Of a stretch of DNA of 64,000 nucleotides, positions 9,225-19,600 are shown in pieces; the stretch's first letter is position 1, and every line of letters starts with the position of its first letter. The DNA is from an uncultured bacterium. GTDB lineage: Bacteria; Krumholzibacteriota; Krumholzibacteriia; LZORAL124-64-63. A model generated the notes under the pieces. The model made no database searches and was not told the DNA's origin. It saw only the letters and a program-made list of their open reading frames with translations. The DNA is taken from NCBI GenBank assembly GCA_963727525.1, contig CAVSGO010000005.1:1-64000 (forward strand), in the 5' to 3' direction. The translations under genes and the position numbers were made by a program.

Positions 9225-10529
9225 CTACTCGGCGCCGACCTCAGCGGCGAGCCCTCGTGGCTCGAGGGTGAGGATCCGGCACCCGCAGGCGCGCAGGAAC
9301 GCTTCATCATGCGAGGCGATCACCACGGCGGCGTTGGGCGGCGCCTGGGCCACGAGGCGGGCCACGTCGTACCGGCCGGCGGCGTCGAGGGCGGCGGTGG
9401 GCTCGTCGAGCAGGATCAATGGGCGCGGCGTCAGCAGGGCGAGGGCGAGGGCGAGACGGCGCTTCTCGCCGCCGCTGAGGTCGTGGGGATTGCGCGCGGC
9501 GAGGGCGGGCGCCAGGCCGAGGCGCGTGAGCACGGCGTCGGTCCCCTGGGCGGCGAGGGCGCGATCGATGGCGATCTCGCGCGTGACGGTCGATTGCGTG
9601 AAGAGGTACTCGGGGAACTGCGGCGCCAGGGCGGCACGGCCGTGGTCGAGATCGCTGTCGCCGTGCGCGTAGAGCGGGCGAGCGGCGAGCGTCACCCTCC
9701 CCCGGTCGGGACGGCGCAGGCCCGCGGCGACGGCGAGCAGGGTGCTCTTGCCGCAGCCGTTCGGGCCGGTGATGCCCACGCGGTCGCCGGCATGCAGGAT
9801 CAGGTCGACGCCCGTGAAGCCGCCGCCGGCAAGGAAGTCGCAGCCCACGGCGTCCCACCGGGCCACGACAGCTTGGCTCGGCGTCGGCACCGACGGTACG
9901 TCGTAGCGGGCCGCCAGCAGCGTGTCCACGTCGGCGTCGCGCACCGCCTGTCCGCGGTCCAGCACGAGCACGCGATCGGCCAGCGCGGCCTCGTCGGCGC
10001 GCTGCGTCGCCCATACGAGGGTGCCGCCCGTGCGTCGGCGCCAGACGACGAGTTCTTCGCGTACCCACGCCCCTTGCGCTGCATCCTGCAGCGACGACGG
10101 CTCGTCGGCCAGGAGCACCTCGGGCTCACCGGCCAGGGCCACCGCGAGTTGCAAACGCTGCTTCTGCCCGGCCGAGAGCACGCGGGGATCGAGGCCGGCG
10201 CATCCCGCCAGGCCCCATCGCGCCAGCACCTCGGCGGCATCGCGGTCGGGTCGACCGAAAAGCAACTCTTCCGCGACGGTGGCGGCCACTAGCTGGTCGT
10301 CGGGATCCTGAAACACGAGGCCGGCGCGTGCCGGGAGCGGCGCGTCGGGTCCCGCGAGGTAGCGCAGCAGCGACGACTTGCCCGAGCCGTTGCCGCCGAC
10401 CACGGCCACGTGCTCGCCCCGGCGCAGGTCGAGATCGACGCCGTCGAGCACGGTGAAGGGGCCGTCCGGCCCCTCGCGCGTCAGGCGCAGATCGGTGAGC
10501 GAGATCAGGAGCGGCTCAGGGGTGTCCAC
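9225..10529 (-). CDS. ABC ATP-binding protein with duplicated ATPase domains (ECF/CbiO-like)
   Basis: GGNGSGKS and GPNGCGKS Walker A motifs; FQDPDDQL; LSAGQKQR and LSGGEKRR signatures; two DEP Walker B motifs. Confidence 0.85.
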   Translation of the reverse strand: MDTPEPLLISLTDLRLTREGPDGPFTVLDGVDLDLRRGEHVAVVGGNGSGKSSLLRYLAGPDAPLPARAGLVFQDPDDQLVAATVAEELLFGRPDRDAAEVLARWGLAGCAGLDPRVLSAGQKQRLQLAVALAGEPEVLLADEPSSLQDAAQGAWVREELVVWRRRTGGTLVWATQRADEAALADRVLVLDRGQAVRDADVDTLLAARYDVPSVPTPSQAVVARWDAVGCDFLAGGGFTGVDLILHAGDRVGITGPNGCGKSTLLAVAAGLRRPDRGRVTLAARPLYAHGDSDLDHGRAALAPQFPEYLFTQSTVTREIAIDRALAAQGTDAVLTRLGLAPALAARNPHDLSGGEKRRLALALALLTPRPLILLDEPTAALDAAGRYDVARLVAQAPPNAAVVIASHDEAFLRACGCRILTLEPRGLAAEVGAE

Positions 10530-11295
10530 CCTGCAACGCCTTCAGGTTGCGACGCGCCTCGTCGGCCCAGCTCGACCTGCCATCGAGGGCGAGGTACGTC
10601 TGCCAGGCCGCCACGGCCTCGGTCTCGCGTCCCGCCTCCTGCAGGCTGCGGGCGAGGCCGAAGGCGAGGCGCCGGTCGTCGGGGTGGCGCGCGAGCACGC
10701 GCTGGAACGCGGCCGCGGCCTCGTCGAAGTGCGTCTCGTAGAAATACACATTGCCCAGGGCGAAGCCGATGTCCGCATCATCGGGGCGCTCCGTGGCCAG
10801 GGGTACGAGGAGTTGCTCGGCCTCCGCGTGCTTGCCGCGCTTCATGAGTACGAGGGCCAGGTTGTAGCGCGCGTCCACCAGTTCGGGCGCCGTCTGCAGG
10901 GCGAGGCGGAACGCGCGTTCGGCGCGGTCGAGGTCGCCGCCGGCGAAGGCGTCCACCCCCTGGTTGTAGGGATCGAGGGCGGCGGCACGGCGGCGCGCGT
11001 CGTCCCACTCGCCGTCGTCGAAACCCAGGGCCAGTACGGAACCCGGCGCCAGCTTCGCCGGATCGGAGATGCCGTTCATCGCGGCGATGTCGGCGGCGCG
11101 CTCCGGGTCGCCGTAGTACAGGTCGGCGATGCGCGCGAGCGACTCGCCCTCGCGCACCGTGTGCGTGAGCGTGTGGGGCGCCCCGAGGTGCACGGTCGTT
11201 TCCGGCATCGTGGTCGGCGGGCCCACGCGCTTGCTGGCACAGCCGGCGACCAGAAGCAGCGCCAGACCGACGAAAACGGGACGTCGCCAGAGCAT
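10516..11295 (-). CDS. LysM + TPR lipoprotein
   Basis: Lipobox VAGC; HTVREGESLARIA..YYG LysM; TPR helices (ARYNLALV, FALGNVYF). Confidence 0.85.
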   Translation of the reverse strand: MLWRRPVFVGLALLLVAGCASKRVGPPTTMPETTVHLGAPHTLTHTVREGESLARIADLYYGDPERAADIAAMNGISDPAKLAPGSVLALGFDDGEWDDARRRAAALDPYNQGVDAFAGGDLDRAERAFRLALQTAPELVDARYNLALVLMKRGKHAEAEQLLVPLATERPDDADIGFALGNVYFYETHFDEAAAAFQRVLARHPDDRRLAFGLARSLQEAGRETEAVAAWQTYLALDGRSSWADEARRNLKALQGGHP

Positions 11296-11309
11296 GTTCG
11301 TCGATCCCT

Positions 11310-12356
11310 TCACACGGTGGCCGCCGCGTCATCCGACGGCCAGGCGCTGCCGTGGGCGGCGGCTTCGGCGAGGATGGCGGTCATGGCTGCGCTGGTTTCC
11401 TCGGCATAGAGACGCTTGCGCAGCATGCCCGCGCCGGGATGGCCGCGGAAGCAACGGGCAATGTGCTTGCGCACCACGAGGCAGCCGGTACGATCGCCGC
11501 GCTGGGCGACCTCGAGCTGGAGATGCCGCAACGTGGACTCGCACATCTCGCGGAAGGTGGGCGGTTCGTACGCCACGCCGGCATCCACGGCCTTCATCTC
11601 GCGAAAGATCCACGGATTGCCGATGGCTCCGCGCGCCACCATCACGCCATGGCAGCGCGTGTGCGCGACGAGGCGACGGTAGCTGTCCCCGTCCACCACG
11701 TCACCGTTGCCGATCACGGGGATGTCCAGACGCTCCACGAGGTGCGCGATGCGATCCCAGTTGGCCATACCGGTGTACTTCTGCGCGCGGGTGCGGCCGT
11801 GCAACGTCACCCACACGCAACCCAGTTCCTGCAGCATGTGGCCGACCTCGGCGTAGTTCACCGAGTCCTCGTCCCAGCCGGTGCGGAACTTGGCCGACAC
11901 CGGCACCGGCGCCGCGGCGTCGACCACCGCACGTACGATCGTCTCGAGGAGCGGCACGTCGGCCAGCAGCGCGCTGCCCCCGCACTTGCGCACCACCTTC
12001 TTGGCGGGACAGCCGAAATTGAGGTCGAGCACATCCATGCGGCGCGCGCGCAGCAAGCCGGCGGCCGCCCCCATGTGCGCCGGGTCGGAGCCGAAGATCT
12101 GGATCCCCACCCGTCCTTCTTCGCCCTCGGTGTCGATGAGGCGCCACGTGTTCTCGCTCTCGTAATACAGGCCCGACGCCGAGGTGAACTCGCAGAACCC
12201 CATGTCGGCCCCGAAGCCGCGGCACACCTCGCGGAACCCGCGGTCGGTGACGCCGGCCATGGGCGACAGCAGGTGCCGCACGTCCTGGAACCAGGCAATG
12301 CGGGGGTCGAGACGGACGGGCTTGCGCTCCAGCACGGGCACGGCACTCCACTGCAC
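11310..12356 (-). CDS. dusB: tRNA-dihydrouridine synthase (DusB-like)
   Basis: SPMAGVTD, DLNFGCP, TLHGRT, VIGNGDV, ARGAIGNPWIF. Confidence 0.92.
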   Translation of the reverse strand: MQWSAVPVLERKPVRLDPRIAWFQDVRHLLSPMAGVTDRGFREVCRGFGADMGFCEFTSASGLYYESENTWRLIDTEGEEGRVGIQIFGSDPAHMGAAAGLLRARRMDVLDLNFGCPAKKVVRKCGGSALLADVPLLETIVRAVVDAAAPVPVSAKFRTGWDEDSVNYAEVGHMLQELGCVWVTLHGRTRAQKYTGMANWDRIAHLVERLDIPVIGNGDVVDGDSYRRLVAHTRCHGVMVARGAIGNPWIFREMKAVDAGVAYEPPTFREMCESTLRHLQLEVAQRGDRTGCLVVRKHIARCFRGHPGAGMLRKRLYAEETSAAMTAILAEAAAHGSAWPSDDAAATV

Positions 12357-12449
12357 TCGGGGACGGGGACCGGATCTCCCAAGATAACACCCGGCCCCGC
12401 GTTCTGACCAGGAGCGGCCGCGAGGATGACCAGCGGGCCTGATTCGCCG

Positions 12450-13112
12450 TCAGTCCGGGAGATACAGGGCCTTGACGGAGCCCCAGTTGATCGACTCGAC
12501 CGCCTTGTTGTGATCCGTATGGTCCTCTACGCCCAGGAGCCGGTAGCCGCCGTCGGCGGTGGAGTCGCGAGGCGCGACATAGAACGCGACAAGGCCGGTC
12601 ACGTAGAGCTGGCGACTTTGCCCCTGCAGGTGGAAATAGGCGTCGATGCTGTAGGTGCAGCCAAGGGCGCCCGGCACGTCGCCGAAGTACTCGGTATCCG
12701 TCGCCACGGCATGCCACGTGTCGAACTGGGTAAGGACGGAGATGTCGATGCTCGAGATGATGCCGGAGAAGTGGTTGGGATCGTTGCTGGGCATTCCCGA
12801 GAACATCCGCTCCTGCAACGCCACGTCCGCCGTGGCGTCGAAGTAGCGGGACGGCAGACCGAATTCCTGCACGGTGCTATCCCCCACGTAGAAACGGAAG
12901 TCGGGACTCAGCAAGTGATCGCGATAGGCGGCCAGATCCATGTCCTCATAGGTTTGCACGAAGTACTCGATCACATTGTCGGGGGTGGCCAGGACGACGT
13001 CCGCGGGCGGCTGTTCGTGATCGCTGGGTTCCGTCGCATTGTCCTTGCAACCGGTCGCCAGCACCAGACAGCCGGCGGCGAGGCATGCCGTGCACATATG
13101 GCCGAATCTCAT
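12450..13112 (-). CDS. Lipoprotein of unknown function with C-terminal WGSVKALY tail
   Basis: RBS GAGGGG before ATG 13112; lipobox LATGC; TPDNVI..F...YE..D; ends INWGSVKALYLPD. Confidence 0.7.
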   Translation of the reverse strand: MRFGHMCTACLAAGCLVLATGCKDNATEPSDHEQPPADVVLATPDNVIEYFVQTYEDMDLAAYRDHLLSPDFRFYVGDSTVQEFGLPSRYFDATADVALQERMFSGMPSNDPNHFSGIISSIDISVLTQFDTWHAVATDTEYFGDVPGALGCTYSIDAYFHLQGQSRQLYVTGLVAFYVAPRDSTADGGYRLLGVEDHTDHNKAVESINWGSVKALYLPD

Positions 13113-13260
13113 GATGACATCCCCTCGTGGATTGCGGATTCCCCCGATAGCGGCCCGGGATTCAGGGCGAGTATGCGGTCCCGGCCCCTGGCTCCACCAC
13201 GATTCGAATATACCATGTCGATTGTGCGCCTGTCCAACTTCGGACGGATGAGGAGTTGCC

Positions 13261-13638
13261 GTGTCCACGATCGTCATTGTCCTCTCATCGCCCCTCACCG
13301 ATGCTCGTGGCGAGATCTATGCCGTCCACGGCGATCGCCGCGCCGCGAAACCGCTTGCCGAGGCCACGAAGAAGCACCCACTGCTCGAGCACGTCGGCGA
13401 GGCCGTGGCCGAGGGGTGCGCGCAGGCCATCCTCGATCTCAGTGCCATCTCCTCCGTGACCACGGCCGAGGTCACCTGGCTCACGAGCTTCGTGTGGGGG
13501 GTGCTCACACAGGGGGCACAGCCGGCGCTCGTGATCCCCGAGCGCGAGGTGGCCAGCGCGGTGCAGCACGTGAAGATGGACCGGGCCTTCCCCGTCTTCC
13601 CCGATGCGACGAGCGCGCTCGCCGCCGGGCCACTGTAA
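13261..13638 (+). CDS. STAS-domain (anti-sigma antagonist-like) protein
   Basis: GAGGAG RBS; ILDLSAIS...; V...VKMDRAFPVFPD.TSAL matches the STAS C-terminal pattern. Confidence 0.65.
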   Translation: MSTIVIVLSSPLTDARGEIYAVHGDRRAAKPLAEATKKHPLLEHVGEAVAEGCAQAILDLSAISSVTTAEVTWLTSFVWGVLTQGAQPALVIPEREVASAVQHVKMDRAFPVFPDATSALAAGPL

Positions 13639-13677
13639 CATCGCGGTGCGGCTGTGGACGTCGCGAGCGACCTCTCG

Positions 13678-16593
13678 CTACGACCCGGCCAGCACCGCCA
13701 CGCGCGCCTGTACGCGGGCGACGAGAGGCAGCCCCGGATCGGCGTCCTGCCACGCGTCGAGGAAGGCCCGATAGGCCGCGACGGCCGCCGTATCCCGGCC
13801 GGCGGCTTCGAGCACCTCGCCGCGCAACGCGAGGGCGCGCTTGTCCCCCTTGTACACGCGCTGCAGGAAGTCGAGAGCGGCCAGCGCCTCGCGCGTCTTG
13901 CCGGCCAGCATGTAGGCACGGGCGCGGTTCTCGTAGTGCTCGATCGCGATGAGGCCGCCGGGTGGCAGGATCTGAGCGGCGTTCTCGTCGAGCAGGCGCA
14001 GGGCGGTCTGGGGATCGTGCTCGGCGAGGGCGATCTTGATCCCCACCTTGCGCGCGTAGAATGTGGCCTGCCCGCCCATACCGCGCACCAGGCTCTGCAA
14101 CTGCGGCACCAGGGCCCGGGCCGCGTCGAGGGAGTCGCTCATGGCCAGGGCGAGCGCGCCGTAGAGCGTGGTGTAGTTCTGTGCGAGCCGCGCCAGAGAC
14201 GGGTCCTGGATACCACCCGTCAGCGTGCGCAGCGAATCGACCCAGGCCAGCACCGCGGCGGCGTGGCCCACGCGCAACTCGACCGAGGCCCAGCTCGACT
14301 TGCTGCGCAGGCGACTGATGTCGTCCGTCAGGTAGGCGGTGGCGCGGTCGTACACGGACAGCGCATCCTGGACATGCCCGGCCTCTGCGTAGAAGACGGC
14401 GAGCCCGGGCCAGGTGACATTGTCGGTGAGCACCTGCACGCGCTGGCCGGGTAACAGTTCCGGGCGCGCAAGGAGGTCGTCGGCGCGGCCGACAGCCCCG
14501 TCGAGATCTCCGCGCGCGTAGGCCGCGTAGGCCAGTCCTTGATAGCTCGGGAAGAAGTTGTTGTCGATGTCCAGCGCCTTGCGATACGCCCACTCGGCGC
14601 TGTCCGGCTCGCCCACCGAGAGGAACCGCCACCCCAGCTCGTCCCAGGCATTGGGCTCGAGAGGATGCCGGCCAAGGTAGGCCCGCGTGGCCTTGAGAGC
14701 CTCGGCGTACTGGCCCGTCTGCTCGAGGCCGATCTGGTAGAAGAGCCCGAAGTGCAGGTCGTCGTCGGGGTAGAGCCGCAGGCCTGTCGCGGCCACTTCC
14801 AGCGCCTCGTCGCCCCACCAGAAGTAGAAGAGCAGGTTGTGCAGGTCTTCGAGGATGCCGCGGTCGTCGGGCCAACGCGTGTGCAGTTCGCGCAGCACGT
14901 CGCGCGCGTGGTCGATGCGGTAATCGAGGCGCGCCATCCAGGCTTCGAGTCGCATGCGGTCCTTCACGCCGAGGCGATCGCGATGGCGCCAGGCGCGATC
15001 GGCCAGTTCGCGTGCCCGCCCGAAATCGACGCCCGCGGCCGTTCCCGAGTAGTAGATCTCGCTCAGATCGAGCAGGGCCAGGGCGAAGGTGCTGTCCAGT
15101 TGTACGGCCGTCTCCAGCTGGTGGATCGCGTCGTCGATCTGGTAGCCGTCGCGCGTGAGCTTGCTGGAGATATAGTACCGATACGCCTGCGGGTTCTCCG
15201 TCGTCAGGCTGGCCACGGGAGCGGTGGGCTTGGCGAGCTCCTGGCCGGTGCGAGTGCGGACACGCTGCACGACCTCGGTGATGATGCCGTCGGCGATGCC
15301 GGCGAGATCGTCGCCGCCCGCGCGTCCCGCGGCGACGCTCTGGCCGCCGGCCGTCTCCACGAGCCGCCACGTCACCAGACGCTTGCCGTCGAGGCGCGCG
15401 AGTTGCCCCGTGAGCATGAGCGAGGCGCCGGCGCGACGAGCCAGTTCGAGCGCCTGCGATTCGTCCACGGGCGCCCCCTCGTCGCCCGCGAGGCGGCGCG
15501 CCATCTCCTTGATGAAATCGGGACTGACCACGCGTACCGGACTGTTCTGCACCAGGCCCACCTGGATCAGGCTGCACATGGCCTCGACCAGCGTGGGATC
15601 GCTATCCTTGACGAGATCCTTGAATTCGATGACCGCTAGCGCCTGCTCGCCGGTCGGCCGCGGCGGCGTGACCAGACGGGGACCGACCACCACCCCCAGA
15701 ACCACGGCGAGCACACCCGCGGCGATGCCCGCCAGCATGCGACGGCGCGAGCGACGCCGCGCCCGGTCCGGCGGCTCGCCGACCTGCGCGTCGCGCGCCA
15801 CGGCGAGTGCGTCCACGAACTCGGCGCCGTCGGCCCAGCGTTCGGCCGGGTTCTTGGCCATGGCCTTGTCGAGCACGGCCTGCCAGCGCGGATCGATGGT
15901 GACGCCGTAGGTGGCCAGTGCCGGCGGCTGCTCGTGCGTGAGGCTGTAGCGCACAGCCGCCTCGTAGTCCCCGGCGAAGGCGCGCTGTCCGCTGAGAAGC
16001 TCGTAGAAGAGCAGCCCCAGCGCGAAGACGTCGGCCTGCGGCCCGATGTCCTGGCCGGCGATCTGCTCCGGCGCCATGTAGGTCACGGTCCCCGTGACGA
16101 TGCCGGGATGGATCTCCGCGCCCACGAAGCGCGCCACGCCGAAGTCGATGATCTTGGCCGAGCCATCATCGGCGAAGAGGATATTCTCCGGCTTGATGTC
16201 ACCGTGCACGATGGCATGGGCGTGGGCCCGGGCCAGCCCCGAGCCGATCTGCATGATGAGATCCGCCGCGTCCTCGGGCTCCAGGCGGCCGCGCTCGATC
16301 CGCTCACGAAGGCTGCCGCCGCCGTAGTAGGCCATGGCGAGATAGAGCTGACCCTCGGCGGTCTGGCCCGCCTCGAAAATCGTGCCGATGTGCGGGTGGT
16401 CGATCGACGAGGCCACACGCGCTTCCTTCAGGAAACGCGCCGGCGCCTGCGGATCCTCGCTGACACCGGCGGCGAGGACCTTGATCGCCACGGCGCGCTG
16501 CAGGCGATCGTCCATCGCGCGGTAGACGACGCCGTTTGCCCCGCGGCCGATCTCGTCCGTGATGCGGAAATGCGATACGGTCTCGTCAATCAT
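13678..16593 (-). CDS. Membrane Ser/Thr protein kinase with C-terminal TPR region
   Basis: IGRGANGVVY, VAIK, HGDIKPEN, DFG, GTVTYMAPEQ; transmembrane segment; TPR repeats. Confidence 0.92.
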   Translation of the reverse strand: MIDETVSHFRITDEIGRGANGVVYRAMDDRLQRAVAIKVLAAGVSEDPQAPARFLKEARVASSIDHPHIGTIFEAGQTAEGQLYLAMAYYGGGSLRERIERGRLEPEDAADLIMQIGSGLARAHAHAIVHGDIKPENILFADDGSAKIIDFGVARFVGAEIHPGIVTGTVTYMAPEQIAGQDIGPQADVFALGLLFYELLSGQRAFAGDYEAAVRYSLTHEQPPALATYGVTIDPRWQAVLDKAMAKNPAERWADGAEFVDALAVARDAQVGEPPDRARRRSRRRMLAGIAAGVLAVVLGVVVGPRLVTPPRPTGEQALAVIEFKDLVKDSDPTLVEAMCSLIQVGLVQNSPVRVVSPDFIKEMARRLAGDEGAPVDESQALELARRAGASLMLTGQLARLDGKRLVTWRLVETAGGQSVAAGRAGGDDLAGIADGIITEVVQRVRTRTGQELAKPTAPVASLTTENPQAYRYYISSKLTRDGYQIDDAIHQLETAVQLDSTFALALLDLSEIYYSGTAAGVDFGRARELADRAWRHRDRLGVKDRMRLEAWMARLDYRIDHARDVLRELHTRWPDDRGILEDLHNLLFYFWWGDEALEVAATGLRLYPDDDLHFGLFYQIGLEQTGQYAEALKATRAYLGRHPLEPNAWDELGWRFLSVGEPDSAEWAYRKALDIDNNFFPSYQGLAYAAYARGDLDGAVGRADDLLARPELLPGQRVQVLTDNVTWPGLAVFYAEAGHVQDALSVYDRATAYLTDDISRLRSKSSWASVELRVGHAAAVLAWVDSLRTLTGGIQDPSLARLAQNYTTLYGALALAMSDSLDAARALVPQLQSLVRGMGGQATFYARKVGIKIALAEHDPQTALRLLDENAAQILPPGGLIAIEHYENRARAYMLAGKTREALAALDFLQRVYKGDKRALALRGEVLEAAGRDTAAVAAYRAFLDAWQDADPGLPLVARVQARVAVLAGS

Positions 16594-16672
16594 GCACGCG
16601 GGCTCCTCCCAGAGCGTCGTCCGGCATGATACACCAAGACCGTCGACGGAACACCCCGACTATTCGCCTCGC

Positions 16673-19600
16673 CTATTCACCCGGCCGGCGCGGCTGCGGC
16701 CCCGGAACGTTCCGCTGCGTGGCAGCCGCCTCCTGCGCCAGCGCCACGGCACGCGCGAGCTGCGGATCCGTCCCGTGCAGCCACTCCACCGGCCCCATGG
16801 GCACGAGCACGTCCGGCACGCATCCGCCATGCTCCTCGTTGAGATTGTTGCGCTCGGGCCGGCGCGTGTCGCCCCATACGTACCAGCCGCGGAAGGGCAG
16901 CCGGATGAAGCCGCCATCGAGCGTGCGCCAGCCGCCCGTGGAGATGACGTTGCCACCGGTGGTCATGCCGACCACCGGGCCGCGCCCGATCGTCTGGACG
17001 GCGTGGCTGAAGATCTCCGCGTTGGAGTAGCTCCCCTCGTTGCAGATGACGGCGATGGGCTTGTTCCAGCGCTGCATCGGCAGCCGCTCCGCGTCGGGAT
17101 AGCCCACCTCGCCATCGCGCGGAATCGTGTACGCGTGGATCGGTTGCGTGAGCATGGTCAGGAGCAGGTCGGTGGTCCAGCCGCCGCCGTTGTCGCGCAC
17201 ATCGATGACGAGGGCGTCCTTGCCGTGCGCCGCGGCGTAGAGATCGCGCTCGAAGATCTCCACCTCGCGCTGGCCCATGCCCTGGATGTGCACGTACCCG
17301 ATGCGACCGTCACCCAGATCCTCCACCCGGGCTCGCCGTGCGGCGATGTCCGCGTCGTAGACGAGCTGACGCAGCGCGCCCAGCGTGACCGGCTGCAAGG
17401 TGACCTCGCGATCCTTGTCGCCGCGACGTAGCTTGACGCGCACCGGATCGCCGCCCGCGGCCACGATGGGCGCGAAGACGTTGTGGTCGCGATCCACGGT
17501 CTCGCCGTCGATGGACAGCACGATGTCGCCGGGCTGCAACCGCGACGCCTCCCGATCGGCCGGGCCGTGCGGCGTCACGCTCGCCACGCGCAGCCCCTGG
17601 CCGCGGTGCTCGGGGGCGAACGCGAGCCCGAGGAAGGCCGCCACCGGCTCCGACCCGTTGGCCGGGTAATATCCCATGTGAGACGCGTTGAGCGAGCGCA
17701 ACATGATGTTCATGACGTCGGCGAAGTCTTCGTCGTGGCCGCAGCCGGCGGCCAGGGCCACGGCCTTCTTTCGCTGCGCGTTCCAGTCGATATTGTGAAG
17801 CTGCGGATCGTAGAAGCGATCGCGCAGACCGCGCCAGCCCTCGGACACGATCTGCTGGCGCTGGGCCGGGCGATCGAGGGTGAGACGGGCGCGGAAACTG
17901 GTGTTCTCCACGTCGCCGCCCTTCAGAGGCACTCGCGCCGGCGCGCCCCCTTTCAGGAAGAAGACGGTCTTGCCGTCGTCGGCCAGCGTCGCCGCCACGG
18001 GTCGGGCACCACCCTTGGTGAGCGCCTTGCGGTCCTCGCCGAAACGATCGACGGTGAAGAGGTCGCGCTGTCCCCCCACCTCGCCCACGAACACGAGGCG
18101 ATCGCCATGGGGGGCAATGGCGACTACCCGCTCGTCGCCCGGCAGATCGGTGGCGCGGTGCAAGCGCAGGTAGATATCGTCGCTGTTGATGCGGATCGGC
18201 GCGACCTTCGGAGTAACGACGCCTTCCTTGGCGACGCCTTCCTTGGCATCGTCTTTCTTGCTCTCCTTCTTGTCGCCCTTGTCGCGGGTCTTCTCGAGGA
18301 TCTTCCATTCCTCCCGCGTGCGCTCCTCATCGGCGCGCTGCAGGTAGCAATACACGACGTCGTACTGGTTCGCGTAGCGACGCGACGTCCAGGCCAGCAT
18401 GGTACCGTCCTGGTTCCAGACCGGCCCCTCGTCGAAGTCGGGGTGCTGACTCACGTTCACGGGGTCGCCGCCCTCCACCTTCTGCAACCACACATCCTGG
18501 TTGAAGTCCGGCCCGCTCGCCGCCGCATAGGCCAGCCAGCGCGAGTCGGGCGACCAGGAGAACTCGGGATCGTCCCAGCCGTCGACGAGGATCCTGCGGT
18601 GCTTGCCGTCGGCATCCATCACCGCCAGCTTGCCCACGCCGTGGCGGTACGCGATGCGCCGCCCGTCGGGCGACCATTGCGGCGCCGTGGCCTCCACGCC
18701 CTCGGGCGTGAGCCAGGTGATCGCCCAGTGCGCGGCGGCGCGCAGCAGGGCGGTGTCGGGATCGGCGCTCGTGAGCAGGCCCACGCGGCTGTAGTGCACG
18801 CCGTCGTGGACCAGGCGGTCGCTCACGAAGACGAGCGTGTCGGCGGAACCCGGTCGGAAATGGACCGCGCTCTCGCGCCAGGGCGAGGGGATGGGCACCG
18901 TCGCGCGGCCCTCGAATTCCTTGTTCACGAGCACGATCTCGCCGTGCACGATCATGGCCAGCTCGTCCCCGCCCGCGGCCACGCTCAGCTCGGTGGCGTC
19001 CTTGCCATAATCCTCGGTGGTGATGGCGTTGGTGCTCGGATCCGGCGCGACCGCGATCGCCAGCTTGCGCACGGTGGCGCCGGGCGTCGTGTCGAGCAGC
19101 CACAGGTCGGAACCGGCCTCGCATACAATGCGCGACCCGTCGCGGCTGATGCGGGCGTTGCGCACGCCCTCCTCGCGAAAGTCGGTGAGGCGCGTCTTAC
19201 CGGTACCGTCGACGTTCATGCGCCAGAGGTTGAAGGCACCCGTCTCGTCATCCTCGGTGCGCCAGTAGATCGTCGCGCCGTCGGCGCCCCACATGGGATC
19301 GGTGTCGAAGCCCGGATTCTCCGTGAGCTGCACCGGATCGCTCCCCGGACGCCAGCGCCAAAGGTCCGACTGCAGCGAGCCGCGATACCCCACGCGGCCG
19401 AAGCGCTCGTAGCCGACGGAGAGCAGGGTCGTCGCGCCGTCGGGGGCCACGGCGATCTCCGAGGCGAAGAGGTCGCCGAAACGCTCGGGCGTGCCACCGG
19501 CCGCCGGCGCCGCCTGGATCTGCGCGCTCATCGGATAACGCCACGGTCGCCGTGAGGCGAAGAGGATGGACTTGCCGTCGGCCGACCAGTCCTGGGGAAC

